Source: Myxococcota bacterium (lineage in GTDB: Bacteria > Myxococcota_A > UBA796 > CAJQPC01). From it: DNA of 64,000 nt. Below, one piece after another: positions 55,012 to 64,000 of the stretch. Within the stretch, counting starts at the first letter, position 1. Each line of letters begins with the position of its first letter. A program made the position numbers and the translations under genes. Below the pieces are notes generated by a model that did no database searches, was not told where the DNA came from, and saw nothing but the letters and a program-made list of their open reading frames with translations. The stretch is taken from NCBI GenBank assembly GCA_036229005.1, contig JAZAMN010000002.1, forward strand, positions 32,001 through 96,000. The letters are read 5' to 3'.

Positions 55012-56932
55012 GTCCGGCGGCTCCACCGCCTGGATCCCCGGCCTGCTGATGCTCGTGGCGGTGCTCCTGTACCGCCGCACGACCACGTACCCCTACGTGC
55101 TCGACGACAACTACGTGGTCGCCAGCAACCGCTGGGTGCAGCAGGGCTTCTCGGGCCTGCTGCCCCTGCTGGAGGGCAGCTACTGGGACGGCTACTTTGG
55201 CGGCTACGCCCAGTACTACCGGCCGCTCCCCATGCTGAGCTACGCCGTGGAGTTCGGGCTCTTCGGCATGGACCCGGGCATCTCCCACGCCGTGAACGTG
55301 GGGCTCTACGCCCTGACCGCGCTGCTGGTCTACCGCTTCGTCGAGCGGGTCAGCGGCGGCTGGCTGCTCCCCACCCTGGCGGGCGCCCTGTTCGTGGCCA
55401 GCCCCCTGCACGTCGAGGTCGCCGCGAACATCAAGAGCCGCGACGAGCTCTTTGTGCTGATCTTCCAGCTCTCCGCCCTGATCGGCGCGGTGGACCTGAT
55501 CCGGTCACGGGCAGCCGCACCTCGCCGATGGGCACAAGGTGCAGTGGTGTCCGTGAGCATCCTGTGCGCGTTGTTGGCAAAGGAATCCGGGCTGCTGGTC
55601 CTGGCCCTCCTCCCCCTGACCCTCTGGACGGTGACGGACCTCAAGCCGGTGCGCATCGCGGGCTGGACGGCGGGGCTGGGCGCGGTGCCGCTGGTGCTCT
55701 ACTTCGGGCAGCGCCTGCGGGTGACGGGCGCGCTGCTCTCGGTGTCCGGCGGGGCCGAGGTGATCGAGAACAACGCCCTCTGGGCGGCCGACAGCGCCAG
55801 CGAGCACTGGGGGATGATCGCCTGGATGATCACGGACTACGCGCGGCTGCTGGTCTACCCGGCGCCGCTGCTCTGGGACCGCTCACTGGGCTACATCCCC
55901 ATCATCGACCTGAGCAGCCCCCGGGCCTGGCTGGGCATCGGGATCGCCGTGACCTGGGCGGGCCTGACGCTCTGGCAGCTCCGCAAGCGCTCGTTGCCGG
56001 GGCTGGCGTTGAGCTGGATGGCGGTCTGCTACGCGCTGCCCTCCAACATCCTGGTGCGGGTGGACGGCAGCACGATGGCCGAGCGCTACCTGTACACCTT
56101 CACCCTGGGCTTCTGCCTGCTGCTGGCCTGGGGGCTGAGCCGGGCCTTCTCCCTGGACCGGGCTCCCCTGCCCTTCTCGCTCAAAGGCCTGGAGCGCGCG
56201 TTCTTCCCCCTGGGGCTGGGCGCGATCGTTGCCCTGCTCTGGAGCGCCGCGACCCTGCAGCGCGTGCCCGCCTGGTCCAGCCTCAGCGCTCTGATCGCGG
56301 CCGACGTCGACAGCGCCCAGGGGAACGCCCGCCTGATCAGCGCCCGGCTGGGAGAGCTGATCCCGCAGCGTGAGCTGGCCCAGGACCCCAACGAGAAGGC
56401 CGCTCTGCGTCGCGAGATCTCTGAGCTCCTGGCCACCAGCGAGGCACTGCTGGTCGAGGACCCCCGGCGCTACCAGCTCCTGCGCCCCGAACTGCTCTGG
56501 GCCCGCGGGATGTCGGCCTTCCAGGACAAGGACTGGGCGCTCGCTCGGGGTGAGCTGGAGGCGCTCGTGGCCCTCTCCCCCACCCACTACCGGGGCTGGT
56601 GGCACCTGGGCTTCTCCTGCTACCAGCTCGGCGACTACGTCTGCGCGAGCGAGAGCTGGTACGAGGCGCTGGAGCAGCGGCCCAAGCAGGGCTTCGCGCC
56701 CGGGGACCGCGTCCTGCTGCAGGACTACTACTTCAACCTCTGCCTGGCGGAGCAGCAGCTCGGAGCCTGGGAGTCCAGCCTGGAGAGCTGCCGGGGCGCG
56801 CTGCAGTGGGATCCCCGGCACGCGCAGGCCCAGGCGGGGGTGGGCATCGCGCTCACGCAGCTCGGGCGCACGGAGGAGGGACAGGCCGCGCTGGAGGCGG
56901 CCTACGAGATGGACCCCAGCCTGCGCCCCTGA
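54944..56932 (+). CDS. TMTC-like GT-C membrane glycosyltransferase with TPRs (start may be 55049)
   Basis: YVLDD, YYRPL, PLHVE...IKSR.E, KE, MAERYLY, C-terminal TPRs. Confidence 0.85.
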   Translation: MAPSPAQSSSAQSASNAPPSRAESGGSTAWIPGLLMLVAVLLYRRTTTYPYVLDDNYVVASNRWVQQGFSGLLPLLEGSYWDGYFGGYAQYYRPLPMLSYAVEFGLFGMDPGISHAVNVGLYALTALLVYRFVERVSGGWLLPTLAGALFVASPLHVEVAANIKSRDELFVLIFQLSALIGAVDLIRSRAAAPRRWAQGAVVSVSILCALLAKESGLLVLALLPLTLWTVTDLKPVRIAGWTAGLGAVPLVLYFGQRLRVTGALLSVSGGAEVIENNALWAADSASEHWGMIAWMITDYARLLVYPAPLLWDRSLGYIPIIDLSSPRAWLGIGIAVTWAGLTLWQLRKRSLPGLALSWMAVCYALPSNILVRVDGSTMAERYLYTFTLGFCLLLAWGLSRAFSLDRAPLPFSLKGLERAFFPLGLGAIVALLWSAATLQRVPAWSSLSALIAADVDSAQGNARLISARLGELIPQRELAQDPNEKAALRREISELLATSEALLVEDPRRYQLLRPELLWARGMSAFQDKDWALARGELEALVALSPTHYRGWWHLGFSCYQLGDYVCASESWYEALEQRPKQGFAPGDRVLLQDYYFNLCLAEQQLGAWESSLESCRGALQWDPRHAQAQAGVGIALTQLGRTEEGQAALEAAYEMDPSLRP

Positions 56933-56938
56933 ACCCGC

Positions 56939-59935
56939 TCAGATGCCCCAGTCCAGGGAGAGGGAGACCTTGGTACCCTTCTGGATGGACTCGATCTCGT
57001 TGTCGCCCTGGGTGACGCGCGCGGGGGAGTTCAGCAGGTTCTGGCCCTTGACCTTGACCGAGAAGCCCTTGGGGAGCTGCTTGCTGGCGACCAGGTCCAG
57101 GGTGTGCACCGGCTGGAGCATGGTGTCGGGGATGCCCAGCGCGCCGACCTCCTGGATGCGCGGCCCGGCGACGTTGTAGAGCGCGGTCACCGTGAGCCCG
57201 GAGTCGGGGTTGTCGTAGCCGGCCTGGACGTTGAACACCCAGGGCGCCTGGCCCTGGAGGGGGCGCTCGGAGGAGGTCTGGATCCCGCTGCCTTCGGCCA
57301 GGACCACGCGGCTGCGGATGAGGCTGAGGTTGCCGGCGACGAAGAAGTCGGGGGCGGGCGGCAGGTTCTTGCGGCCCTCCAGCTCCAGGCCCAGGTTGTT
57401 GGCGGACTCCGCGTTGGCGAAGGTCACGGGGTTGCCGCCGGAGGGCACGATCACCATCTCGATGGGCGAGATGAAGCGCTTGTAGAAGAGCCCCACGGAG
57501 ACGCTCTCGCCCGCGCTGGGGTACCACTCCCAGCGGCCGTCCAGGTTGTGGAGGATGGCCCGCTGCAGATCGGGGTTGCCGTAGACCGCGCGGCCACCGG
57601 TGACGTCGAAGAAGGTGGCCGGCGACTGCTCGCGGAAGTCCGGGCGGGAGACCGTGCGGCCATAGGCGGCGCGGAGCTGCATGTCCTCGCGCAGGCTGTA
57701 GGCCACGTTGCCGCTGGGCAGGAAGTCGGTGTTGTCGATGCTGGCGACGATGGGGGTGGCGTCGGGGTCGAAGCGCGCGTAGGTGACGACCTCCTGGGCG
57801 CTGTGCTCCACCCGGAAGCCGGCCATTCCGCGCCAGGGACCGTGGCCGCCGGAGACCATCAGGAAGCCGGCCTGCTGACGCTGCTGGGCCAGGTAGTTGT
57901 CCGTGGACTGGGTGTTGTCCTGGAGCTGGAAGCCGTCGGGGCGGATGGTCTCGGGGGTGAAGTACCCGGAGCTGTCCCCGGCCAGGGTCGCGTCGATGGT
58001 GGGGTCGCTGGCGGAGAATTTGTCGAAGTAGCGGTAGCGCCGGGTGTCCACCTGCCGGTCCCGCATGCGCGCGCTGCCGCCCACCTTGATCGCGCCGTCC
58101 ATCCAAGGCACCGGCCGGGTGACGCCCACGCCCATGTCGTGGTTGTCCTCGCGCAGCTCGGAGAAGAGGATGCCGTTGCCGAAGGAGCGGGTGGACAGGG
58201 TCCAGGTGTCCGAGCCCTCCTGGTACTCGTCGGTCCAGTGGCGGCGGTCGGGCTCCACGCGGGTGGCCAGGCTGTATGCGTAGCGCCAGTCGACCTCCAG
58301 CCCGCCCAGGGCCTGGGTCTGGTGGACGCCGCTGACCTGGTTGAAGAGGAGCTGGCGCTCGATCCAGCGGATGCGCCCCTCCCGGATGATGGCGTTCTCG
58401 TCGCGAGCGAAGCCCTCGTAGGTGCGCGACTCGTAGGAGGTGTCGCGGTTGATGAGCGAGACCACCGCGATGGAGTGGGCCTCCCCGAGCTGGACGCCGC
58501 CGGCCGCCATGGCCCCCAGCCCGATGCTGCGCTCGGTCGACTGGAAGCGGTAGTTGGAGCTCTCCTCCATGCCGTCGCCGGAGAGCACGTACCAGGTGCG
58601 CTCGAAGTCCAGGCGCTGCCAGCTCTGGCCGTAGTTCACGCCCAGGCGGAAGCCGGCGCTGCGGTCCTGGCCCCAGCTCGTCCCCCACCCCGCGCCGACG
58701 TCGACGCCGAAGTCCATGGGGATCTGGGTCTCCTCCAGGTACCAGCGGTTGGGGAGAGACTCGCCAAAGGCCTCGAGCTCCTCGGCGCTGTAGCCCTCGG
58801 AGAACATGTCCCCCAGCACCAGCGCGTTGTCCCGGGACGCGGCGTCCAGCTCGGCGGGGAGAGCCCGGTAGCTCGCCCCCATGCCCAGCCAGTCGGTGGG
58901 GCCGGTGTCCCCGATGAGCCCGGTCTGGAAGGAGGTGCCGTGGCGGTAGCCGCCGGAGACGCCCACCTCGAAGAAGGGCTCAGAGGGAGCCATTCGGGCC
59001 TGAAGCTGCACCACACCCCCACCGAACTCAGCGGGCTGGTCGGGCGACATGGTCTTCTGGATCGTGACGGAGTCGAGGACACTGGAGGGGAAGAGATCCA
59101 GGGGCACCACGCGCCGCTCGGGCTCCGGCGAGGGCAGGCTGGAGCCGTTCAGGGTGGTCGCGGAGTAGCGGTCGCCCAGACCGCGCACGTAGACGTAGCG
59201 GCCGCCCACCACGGTCAGGCCGGTGACGCGGGACAGGGCGGAGGCGGCGTTGGAGTCACCGGAGCGGGACATCTCCTCGGCGCCCAGCACCTCGGTGACG
59301 GTGTCGGCCTCCTTGCGCTCCTCCAGCAGGGCCGCGGTGCCGCCTTCGACCCGGGGGGCCAGGACCACGAAGTCTTCGCCCTTCACGCCGGCGGGCACCA
59401 TCTCCAGGGCCACGCTCTGCTCCTGCTCGGAGGCGATCTGGACGGTGGTGGACAGGCTGGAGTAGCCCCCCAGGATGATGCTGAGCTCCAGCTCTCCGGG
59501 GGGGAGGTCCATGGCGAAGGCGCCGGAGGCGTCCGTGATGCCCTCGACGTCGAGCCCCCGCACATAGATCCGAGCTCCCGCCAGGGGGCGGCCGTCCTCC
59601 GCGTTGTGGAGCGTTCCGAGCAGCCGCCCGGGGGGCCCCGTGACCGCTATCTCCACCTGCTCGGGGGGCGCCTCGATGGCGACGCCCTGCCCCAGGGTGA
59701 CCAGGAGCTCGGTGGCCTGGCCGTCGACCACGCGGAAGGTCCAGGCCTCCTCTCCGATCACCAGGGTGTGCTCGCCCTCGGGGAGGGTGGCCACGAAGCC
59801 GCCGTCCTCATCCGCGGTCACGACGTGGTCACCGACGACCAGCATCGCGCCGGCCGCGGGCAGGCCCGTGTCCCGGAAGACCACACCCTCGACCTGGCCA
59901 TCGGCCCACGCCAGGGCGCTCAACCACCACCACAT
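56939..59935 (-). CDS. TonB-dependent receptor with two N-terminal carboxypeptidase-regulatory-like domains
   Basis: Plug ALSRVTGL..VYVRGLGDRY, PLDLFP, GNPDL, NLLN, aromatic terminal strand. Confidence 0.93.
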   Translation of the reverse strand: MWWWLSALAWADGQVEGVVFRDTGLPAAGAMLVVGDHVVTADEDGGFVATLPEGEHTLVIGEEAWTFRVVDGQATELLVTLGQGVAIEAPPEQVEIAVTGPPGRLLGTLHNAEDGRPLAGARIYVRGLDVEGITDASGAFAMDLPPGELELSIILGGYSSLSTTVQIASEQEQSVALEMVPAGVKGEDFVVLAPRVEGGTAALLEERKEADTVTEVLGAEEMSRSGDSNAASALSRVTGLTVVGGRYVYVRGLGDRYSATTLNGSSLPSPEPERRVVPLDLFPSSVLDSVTIQKTMSPDQPAEFGGGVVQLQARMAPSEPFFEVGVSGGYRHGTSFQTGLIGDTGPTDWLGMGASYRALPAELDAASRDNALVLGDMFSEGYSAEELEAFGESLPNRWYLEETQIPMDFGVDVGAGWGTSWGQDRSAGFRLGVNYGQSWQRLDFERTWYVLSGDGMEESSNYRFQSTERSIGLGAMAAGGVQLGEAHSIAVVSLINRDTSYESRTYEGFARDENAIIREGRIRWIERQLLFNQVSGVHQTQALGGLEVDWRYAYSLATRVEPDRRHWTDEYQEGSDTWTLSTRSFGNGILFSELREDNHDMGVGVTRPVPWMDGAIKVGGSARMRDRQVDTRRYRYFDKFSASDPTIDATLAGDSSGYFTPETIRPDGFQLQDNTQSTDNYLAQQRQQAGFLMVSGGHGPWRGMAGFRVEHSAQEVVTYARFDPDATPIVASIDNTDFLPSGNVAYSLREDMQLRAAYGRTVSRPDFREQSPATFFDVTGGRAVYGNPDLQRAILHNLDGRWEWYPSAGESVSVGLFYKRFISPIEMVIVPSGGNPVTFANAESANNLGLELEGRKNLPPAPDFFVAGNLSLIRSRVVLAEGSGIQTSSERPLQGQAPWVFNVQAGYDNPDSGLTVTALYNVAGPRIQEVGALGIPDTMLQPVHTLDLVASKQLPKGFSVKVKGQNLLNSPARVTQGDNEIESIQKGTKVSLSLDWGI

Positions 59936-61020
59936 CACAGGCAGCCTCCGGCGTCCCGGCAGCGGTCCATGGCGCTGCGGAGCGCGTTCGCGCGGGCAAA
60001 GACGACCGGGTCCGCGATGCCCTTGAGCAGGGACTCCGCGGCGTCCAGATCGCCAGACTTGAAGCGGGCGTAGGCCAGGCCGTAGCGCACCTCGTCCTCG
60101 CTGAGCAGGCCCAGGCGGGACAGGCGAGAGTGCAGGGCGGAAGCGCGCTCCCACTCTTCGAGCTCAAGCAGCAGGCCCAGGCGCTGGCGGGCCGCGTCGG
60201 TGGCGTCGGGCACCCGAGCGTTGAGCATCAGGGCGCGCTCGCTGTTGCCGGCCTGGCGGAAGCACTCGGCGGCCTCCAGGGCCAGCGCCGGGTTGTCCTC
60301 GACTGCGCGCTGGAGCAGAGAGCCAGCGGTGAGGGGCATGTCCTGGGAGAGGTACAGACGCGCGGCGTGTACGACCAGATCCACCTCCTCCGGGTGAAGG
60401 AGCATGGCCTGCTCCAGGACGATGAGCGCTTGCTCGGTCTGGCCGGCCCGGTGCATGGCCTCGGCGACCACCACCTGGGTCTGGACGGAGAGGCCGCGCT
60501 CCTGTTGGATCCTGGCGCCCAGGGCGCGGGCCTCCTGGTAGAGGCCGAGTTCAACCAGCACCAGCACGCGCTGCTCGTCGTAGAGGGCCTCGCCGGGGTA
60601 GCGCGCGGTGGCGGCCTCCAGGACCTCCCAGGCGCCGACCAGGTCGGGGGGCTCCTGGCTGGCCAGGGAGTGGGCCAGGTGCGCGTGCAGGCGGGGCTCG
60701 TCGGCGCCGGCGTCGATGGCGGCGCGCAGGTGGATGACGGCCTCGCTGTGGGCCCGCTCGTGCATGGCGACCAGGGCCATCAGGGTGTGGTAGCGCGCGG
60801 CGTCCAGCTCGGGGTGCTGGGTGTCGACCTCGGCGAGGGCCAGCTTGGCGCGGTCCCAGTGGCCGTCCCCGATGAGCATGGAGGCCAGGGAGAGCTGCTC
60901 GGCGGGGAGGACCTCGACGGCCTCTGGGTCCACCGCCTTGCGATCGGAGCGCACGCCAGGGCCAGACCACGCCAGGGTGGAGCCGAGGAACACCGCGAGC
61001 AGAGGCAACCAGCGGGTCAT
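59935..61020 (-). CDS. TPR protein of TonB operon
   Basis: Signal peptide plus repeated helical TPR-like motifs. Confidence 0.8.
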   Translation of the reverse strand: MTRWLPLLAVFLGSTLAWSGPGVRSDRKAVDPEAVEVLPAEQLSLASMLIGDGHWDRAKLALAEVDTQHPELDAARYHTLMALVAMHERAHSEAVIHLRAAIDAGADEPRLHAHLAHSLASQEPPDLVGAWEVLEAATARYPGEALYDEQRVLVLVELGLYQEARALGARIQQERGLSVQTQVVVAEAMHRAGQTEQALIVLEQAMLLHPEEVDLVVHAARLYLSQDMPLTAGSLLQRAVEDNPALALEAAECFRQAGNSERALMLNARVPDATDAARQRLGLLLELEEWERASALHSRLSRLGLLSEDEVRYGLAYARFKSGDLDAAESLLKGIADPVVFARANALRSAMDRCRDAGGCL

Positions 61021-61634
61021 TGGAGCCGGAAGTGCAGGGTCTGCTGCATGCGGGTGGCGACGGGCAGGCCCTCGTAGGTCGCGGGCTCGAAGCGCCACTG
61101 GGCGACGGCCTCCTTGGCGGCCTGCTCGAACACGCCGCTGGGCTGGGCGTCCAGGATGCGCAGCTCCTCGACCGAGCCGTCCTGCGAGACCCGCAGGGAG
61201 AGCGTCACGTAGCCCTCGATGTTCTTGGAGCGGGCGCGCTGGGGGTAGCTGGGCTGGGCCTGGGCCACCGGGATGGGCGCGGAGTCCACGGTCTCCTGGG
61301 TCATCACCACGTCGGAGGCGTCGCCGAGCAGGCCCTCGGTGAGCTCGCCCATGGCGGGACCGGGGAGGCCCAGATCCAGGCCGGACAGGCCGGCGCCCAG
61401 GTTGGGCAGAGGCGCGCGGGCGCTGGGCGTGGACTTCTTGGGGCGGGCCTTGCGGGGGCGCTCCTTCTTCTTGGGGGGCGGCGGCTTGGGGGCCGCGTCC
61501 AGAGCGATGGCGGGCTTCTCCTGGACCGGCGGCGGGGCGACGGCGTTCAGGTTCAGGCCGACCAGCAGCGAGAAGACCCCGGTGCTGCCCGCGAGCATGG
61601 TCGCGGCGGCGATCAGCGGCTTGGGAAACATCAA
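61017..61634 (-). CDS. tonB: Energy transducer TonB
   Basis: TM, Pro/Lys linker, PSYPQRA..IEGYV, FEQAA..WRFEPA. Confidence 0.92.
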   Translation of the reverse strand: MMFPKPLIAAATMLAGSTGVFSLLVGLNLNAVAPPPVQEKPAIALDAAPKPPPPKKKERPRKARPKKSTPSARAPLPNLGAGLSGLDLGLPGPAMGELTEGLLGDASDVVMTQETVDSAPIPVAQAQPSYPQRARSKNIEGYVTLSLRVSQDGSVEELRILDAQPSGVFEQAAKEAVAQWRFEPATYEGLPVATRMQQTLHFRLQ

Positions 61635-62035
61635 CCCTCCTCGGCGTCGGTGATGACGCCCACGTTCTCAGCGCCGGCGAGCCGGCAGCGGTCCACGACC
61701 TCGATCAAGGTCTGCGCGGACACGGAGCGGTCGGTCACGACCACCACCGCCGGCTCGGCCTGGCCGGAGAGCATCTCGCGCATGCGCGACTCCAGCATCC
61801 AGGGCTTCACCGGGACCTCATCCACGTAGATGTTCTCGCCCGCGTCCACGTAGACCCGGACGGCCTTGGTGGAGGCCGGGCTGCTGGAGCGCGCGCTGGG
61901 CCGCTCCAGGTCCAGCTTCATGTCCTTGACGAAGGTCGTCGTGACCATGAAGAAGATGAGCAGGATGAAGACCACGTCGATCAGCGGGCTGATGTCGATG
62001 TCGCGGTCCTGCTGGCGCTTGCGGCGGAGCTTCAC
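61631..62035 (-). CDS. exbD: ExbD
   Basis: IDISPLIDVVFILLIFFMVTTTF. Confidence 0.95.
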   Translation of the reverse strand: MKLRRKRQQDRDIDISPLIDVVFILLIFFMVTTTFVKDMKLDLERPSARSSSPASTKAVRVYVDAGENIYVDEVPVKPWMLESRMREMLSGQAEPAVVVVTDRSVSAQTLIEVVDRCRLAGAENVGVITDAEEG

Positions 62036-62628
62036 GCGGCCTCCTCGTGGCCGAAGCGCGCGGAGAGCAGCTCTTCGACCTCGTCGATCTCGACCTCCAG
62101 GCGCTCCTGCTTCATGGCGAGCAGGCGCCCGGCGATCACACCGGGGACGGCCACGACCAGCCCGGCTTGGGTGCTGACCAGGGCCTGGGACACGCCGCCG
62201 GCGATGCCACCGGAGCGCGAGAACAGGGTCATCGTCGCCAGAAAGTCGAAGGTCTCGATCATGCCGGTGACGGTGCCCAGCAGGCCGGCCAAGGGGGCCA
62301 CGCCGACCAGGATGGCGATGGTTCGGGAGCCGCGGGAGAGCTCCTCGCGCAGCCCCTGGATCATCCACTGCACGCGGGGGCGGACCTGGGCGGGGTGGGC
62401 CTTGGCGAGGGCGACCCCCTCCACCAGCGCGCCATCGACCACCCCGCTGGGCTCAAGGGAGCCGGCTTCGGCCTGGACAAGCAGGCTGCGCAGCGTGCCC
62501 GAGCTCCCCCGCCGCAGCCGCGCAAAGCGCATCCCCAGCGTCCACCACAGCACGAGCGTGGCGACGGCCAGAGGGGGCATGACGAAGCCGCCAGCCCGCC
62601 AGGTCTCCAGGGCGGACTCAAGAAGCAA
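62032..62628 (-). CDS. exbB: ExbB (MotA/TolQ/ExbB)
   Basis: APLAGLLGTVTGMI.TF, GGVSQAL.ST.AGL.VAVP. Confidence 0.92.
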   Translation of the reverse strand: MLLESALETWRAGGFVMPPLAVATLVLWWTLGMRFARLRRGSSGTLRSLLVQAEAGSLEPSGVVDGALVEGVALAKAHPAQVRPRVQWMIQGLREELSRGSRTIAILVGVAPLAGLLGTVTGMIETFDFLATMTLFSRSGGIAGGVSQALVSTQAGLVVAVPGVIAGRLLAMKQERLEVEIDEVEELLSARFGHEEAA

Positions 62629-63919
62629 GGCGCCCCTCCTTGGAGTCGACGGCGTTGACCATCGCCAGGGCGGCCTGGTCCAGCGCGGAGAGCACGGCCT
62701 CGGTCTTGCCGCCGATGGCGTTGCCGAGCAGCACCGCGGGGATGGCGACCACCAGGCCGAGCTGGGTGGTGATCAGCGCGGTGGAGATGCCCCCGGAGAG
62801 CATCTTGGGGTCGCCCGTGCCGAACTCCGTGATGATGTCGAAGGTGGCGATCATGCCGGTCACCGTGCCGAGCAGCCCCAGCAGCGGAGCGACCGCGGCG
62901 ATGACGAGGATGGCGGGGCCCATGCGCTCCAGCCGGGGGGTCTCGCGGAGCACCGCCTCGCTGGCCAGGTCTTCGATCTGGGCGCGCTGCAGGCCGCGTG
63001 CGGCGAGGACCGCCTGGGCCACCCGACCAGCGGCGTTGTCGGCCTGCGCGGCCTTGAGGGCCCCCGCGAGGTCCCCGCCGTCCAGGGCCTTGCAGACCGC
63101 GTCGGAGAGCGTGGTGGGGTCGCCGGCGCTGCGCAGGAGCAGCAGGCGCAGGCCCGCGATCAGGAAGGCCACGACGCCCAGGCCCATGATGATCCAGCCG
63201 ACGATGCCGCCGCCCTCCATCACCTGGCCGAAGGTCTTGGCGGGCTGCTCGGTGATGCGCTTGGCCAGGCTCTCGTACAGGAAGATGGGCAGGGTCTGGG
63301 GGACCTCGCCGGCGCCGAAGGACTGGGCTGCGCCGCTGGCGTCCTGGGGCCAGAGCTGCAGCCTGTCCTCGCCTGCGGGCGCGAGCGCTCCAGATTGGGG
63401 ACCGGCCACCCCGTAGGAGGCGATGTTCCCCACCCTGACGAGCTGCCCCTGAACCTCCTCACCCCCCTTGTCGAACCAGGCGCCAGACTCCACGCGGACC
63501 TGGCCGCCCTGCTCGATCCGGACCGCGGCGGCGCTGAAGACCGCGCGCAGGGCCTCGGCTTCGGCCTCGGCGCCCTCCACCTCCTCGGGGAGCTCCACGC
63601 CCTCCAGGCTGGTGCGGGCCTGCATGAGCAGCGCGCCAACGCGGTCGGCGTCCTCTTCGGCGGAGAAGGACTCGCGCTCGGCCTGGGAGAGCTGCTCTTC
63701 GGCCTTGTCGGCCTGCAGCGTCATGTAGATCAGCCGGCCCTGGAGGGACTCGGTCTGGGACTCCGCGGCCTTGCGCTCCTTGGCGGCGCTGGCCTCGAAC
63801 TCGGTGGTGGCCTTCTGCAGGGACTGCTTCTCGGCCTTGAGGTAGGCGAACTCCTTCTGGTACGCGGCGTCGAGCTCCGCGCCGAAGGAGAGGCTGGCGA
63901 GCAGGGAGAGCAGCGACAT
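62618..63919 (-). CDS. Long MotA/TolQ/ExbB protein (TtpC-like)
   Basis: Periplasmic coiled coil, VRVG, then APLLGLLGTVTGMI, GDPKMLSGGISTALITTQLGL. Confidence 0.9.
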   Translation of the reverse strand: MSLLSLLASLSFGAELDAAYQKEFAYLKAEKQSLQKATTEFEASAAKERKAAESQTESLQGRLIYMTLQADKAEEQLSQAERESFSAEEDADRVGALLMQARTSLEGVELPEEVEGAEAEAEALRAVFSAAAVRIEQGGQVRVESGAWFDKGGEEVQGQLVRVGNIASYGVAGPQSGALAPAGEDRLQLWPQDASGAAQSFGAGEVPQTLPIFLYESLAKRITEQPAKTFGQVMEGGGIVGWIIMGLGVVAFLIAGLRLLLLRSAGDPTTLSDAVCKALDGGDLAGALKAAQADNAAGRVAQAVLAARGLQRAQIEDLASEAVLRETPRLERMGPAILVIAAVAPLLGLLGTVTGMIATFDIITEFGTGDPKMLSGGISTALITTQLGLVVAIPAVLLGNAIGGKTEAVLSALDQAALAMVNAVDSKEGRLAS

Positions 63920-64000
63920 CACTTCACCACCACGGCGGCAGGGTCGATGGCGGCGGGAAGCTCGAAGAAGCCCACGCGGATCTGCTTCTCCAGGGCGTCG
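63919..64000 (-). CDS. 3' end of a probable DUF3450-type (TtpB-like) protein
   Basis: DALEKQIRVGFFELPAAIDPAAVVVK*, stop overlaps next start; position in operon. Confidence 0.55.
   Translation of the reverse strand, partial: DALEKQIRVGFFELPAAIDPAAVVVK

Noticed and set aside
57104..60073. 989-aa plus-strand ORF and similar long shadow ORFs (e.g. 28449-30524, 41313-43394)
   Set aside because: Antisense to well-supported genes and without motifs

Overview
High-GC bacterial chromosomal window with about 60 tightly packed CDS and no rRNA, tRNA, CRISPR array or transposase that I can see. Inferred lineage is Myxococcota-like, from a MYXO-CTERM-like sorting tail, MopE-type DxDGDG repeats, a Hanks kinase and many lipoproteins. 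Housekeeping genes include Dus, YggS, Maf, large NAD-GDH, Pal, TatD, feoAB, pyrF, plsC, bolA-grxD, murB, a YeeE/YedE pair and a TtpC-type TonB operon with its receptor. The main oddities are: (1) a ~0.8 kb array of structured repeats (50199-50995) with compensatory changes and minus-strand RNA motifs, between a double-HhH lipoprotein and a PD-(D/E)xK nuclease-like gene; (2) a membrane Ser/Thr kinase whose outer domain is a ComEA-like HhH module; (3) an XRE-HTH::SspB fusion ending in a ClpX-binding-like tail; (4) an orphan spike cassette of PAAR, methyltransferase and two gp5-like proteins; (5) very short lipoprotein signal peptides with no charged n-region, plus recurrent leaderless TANNNT-N6-start promoters; (6) a heptamer-built MITE-like element. 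All calls come from reading motifs by eye; no database searches were run.
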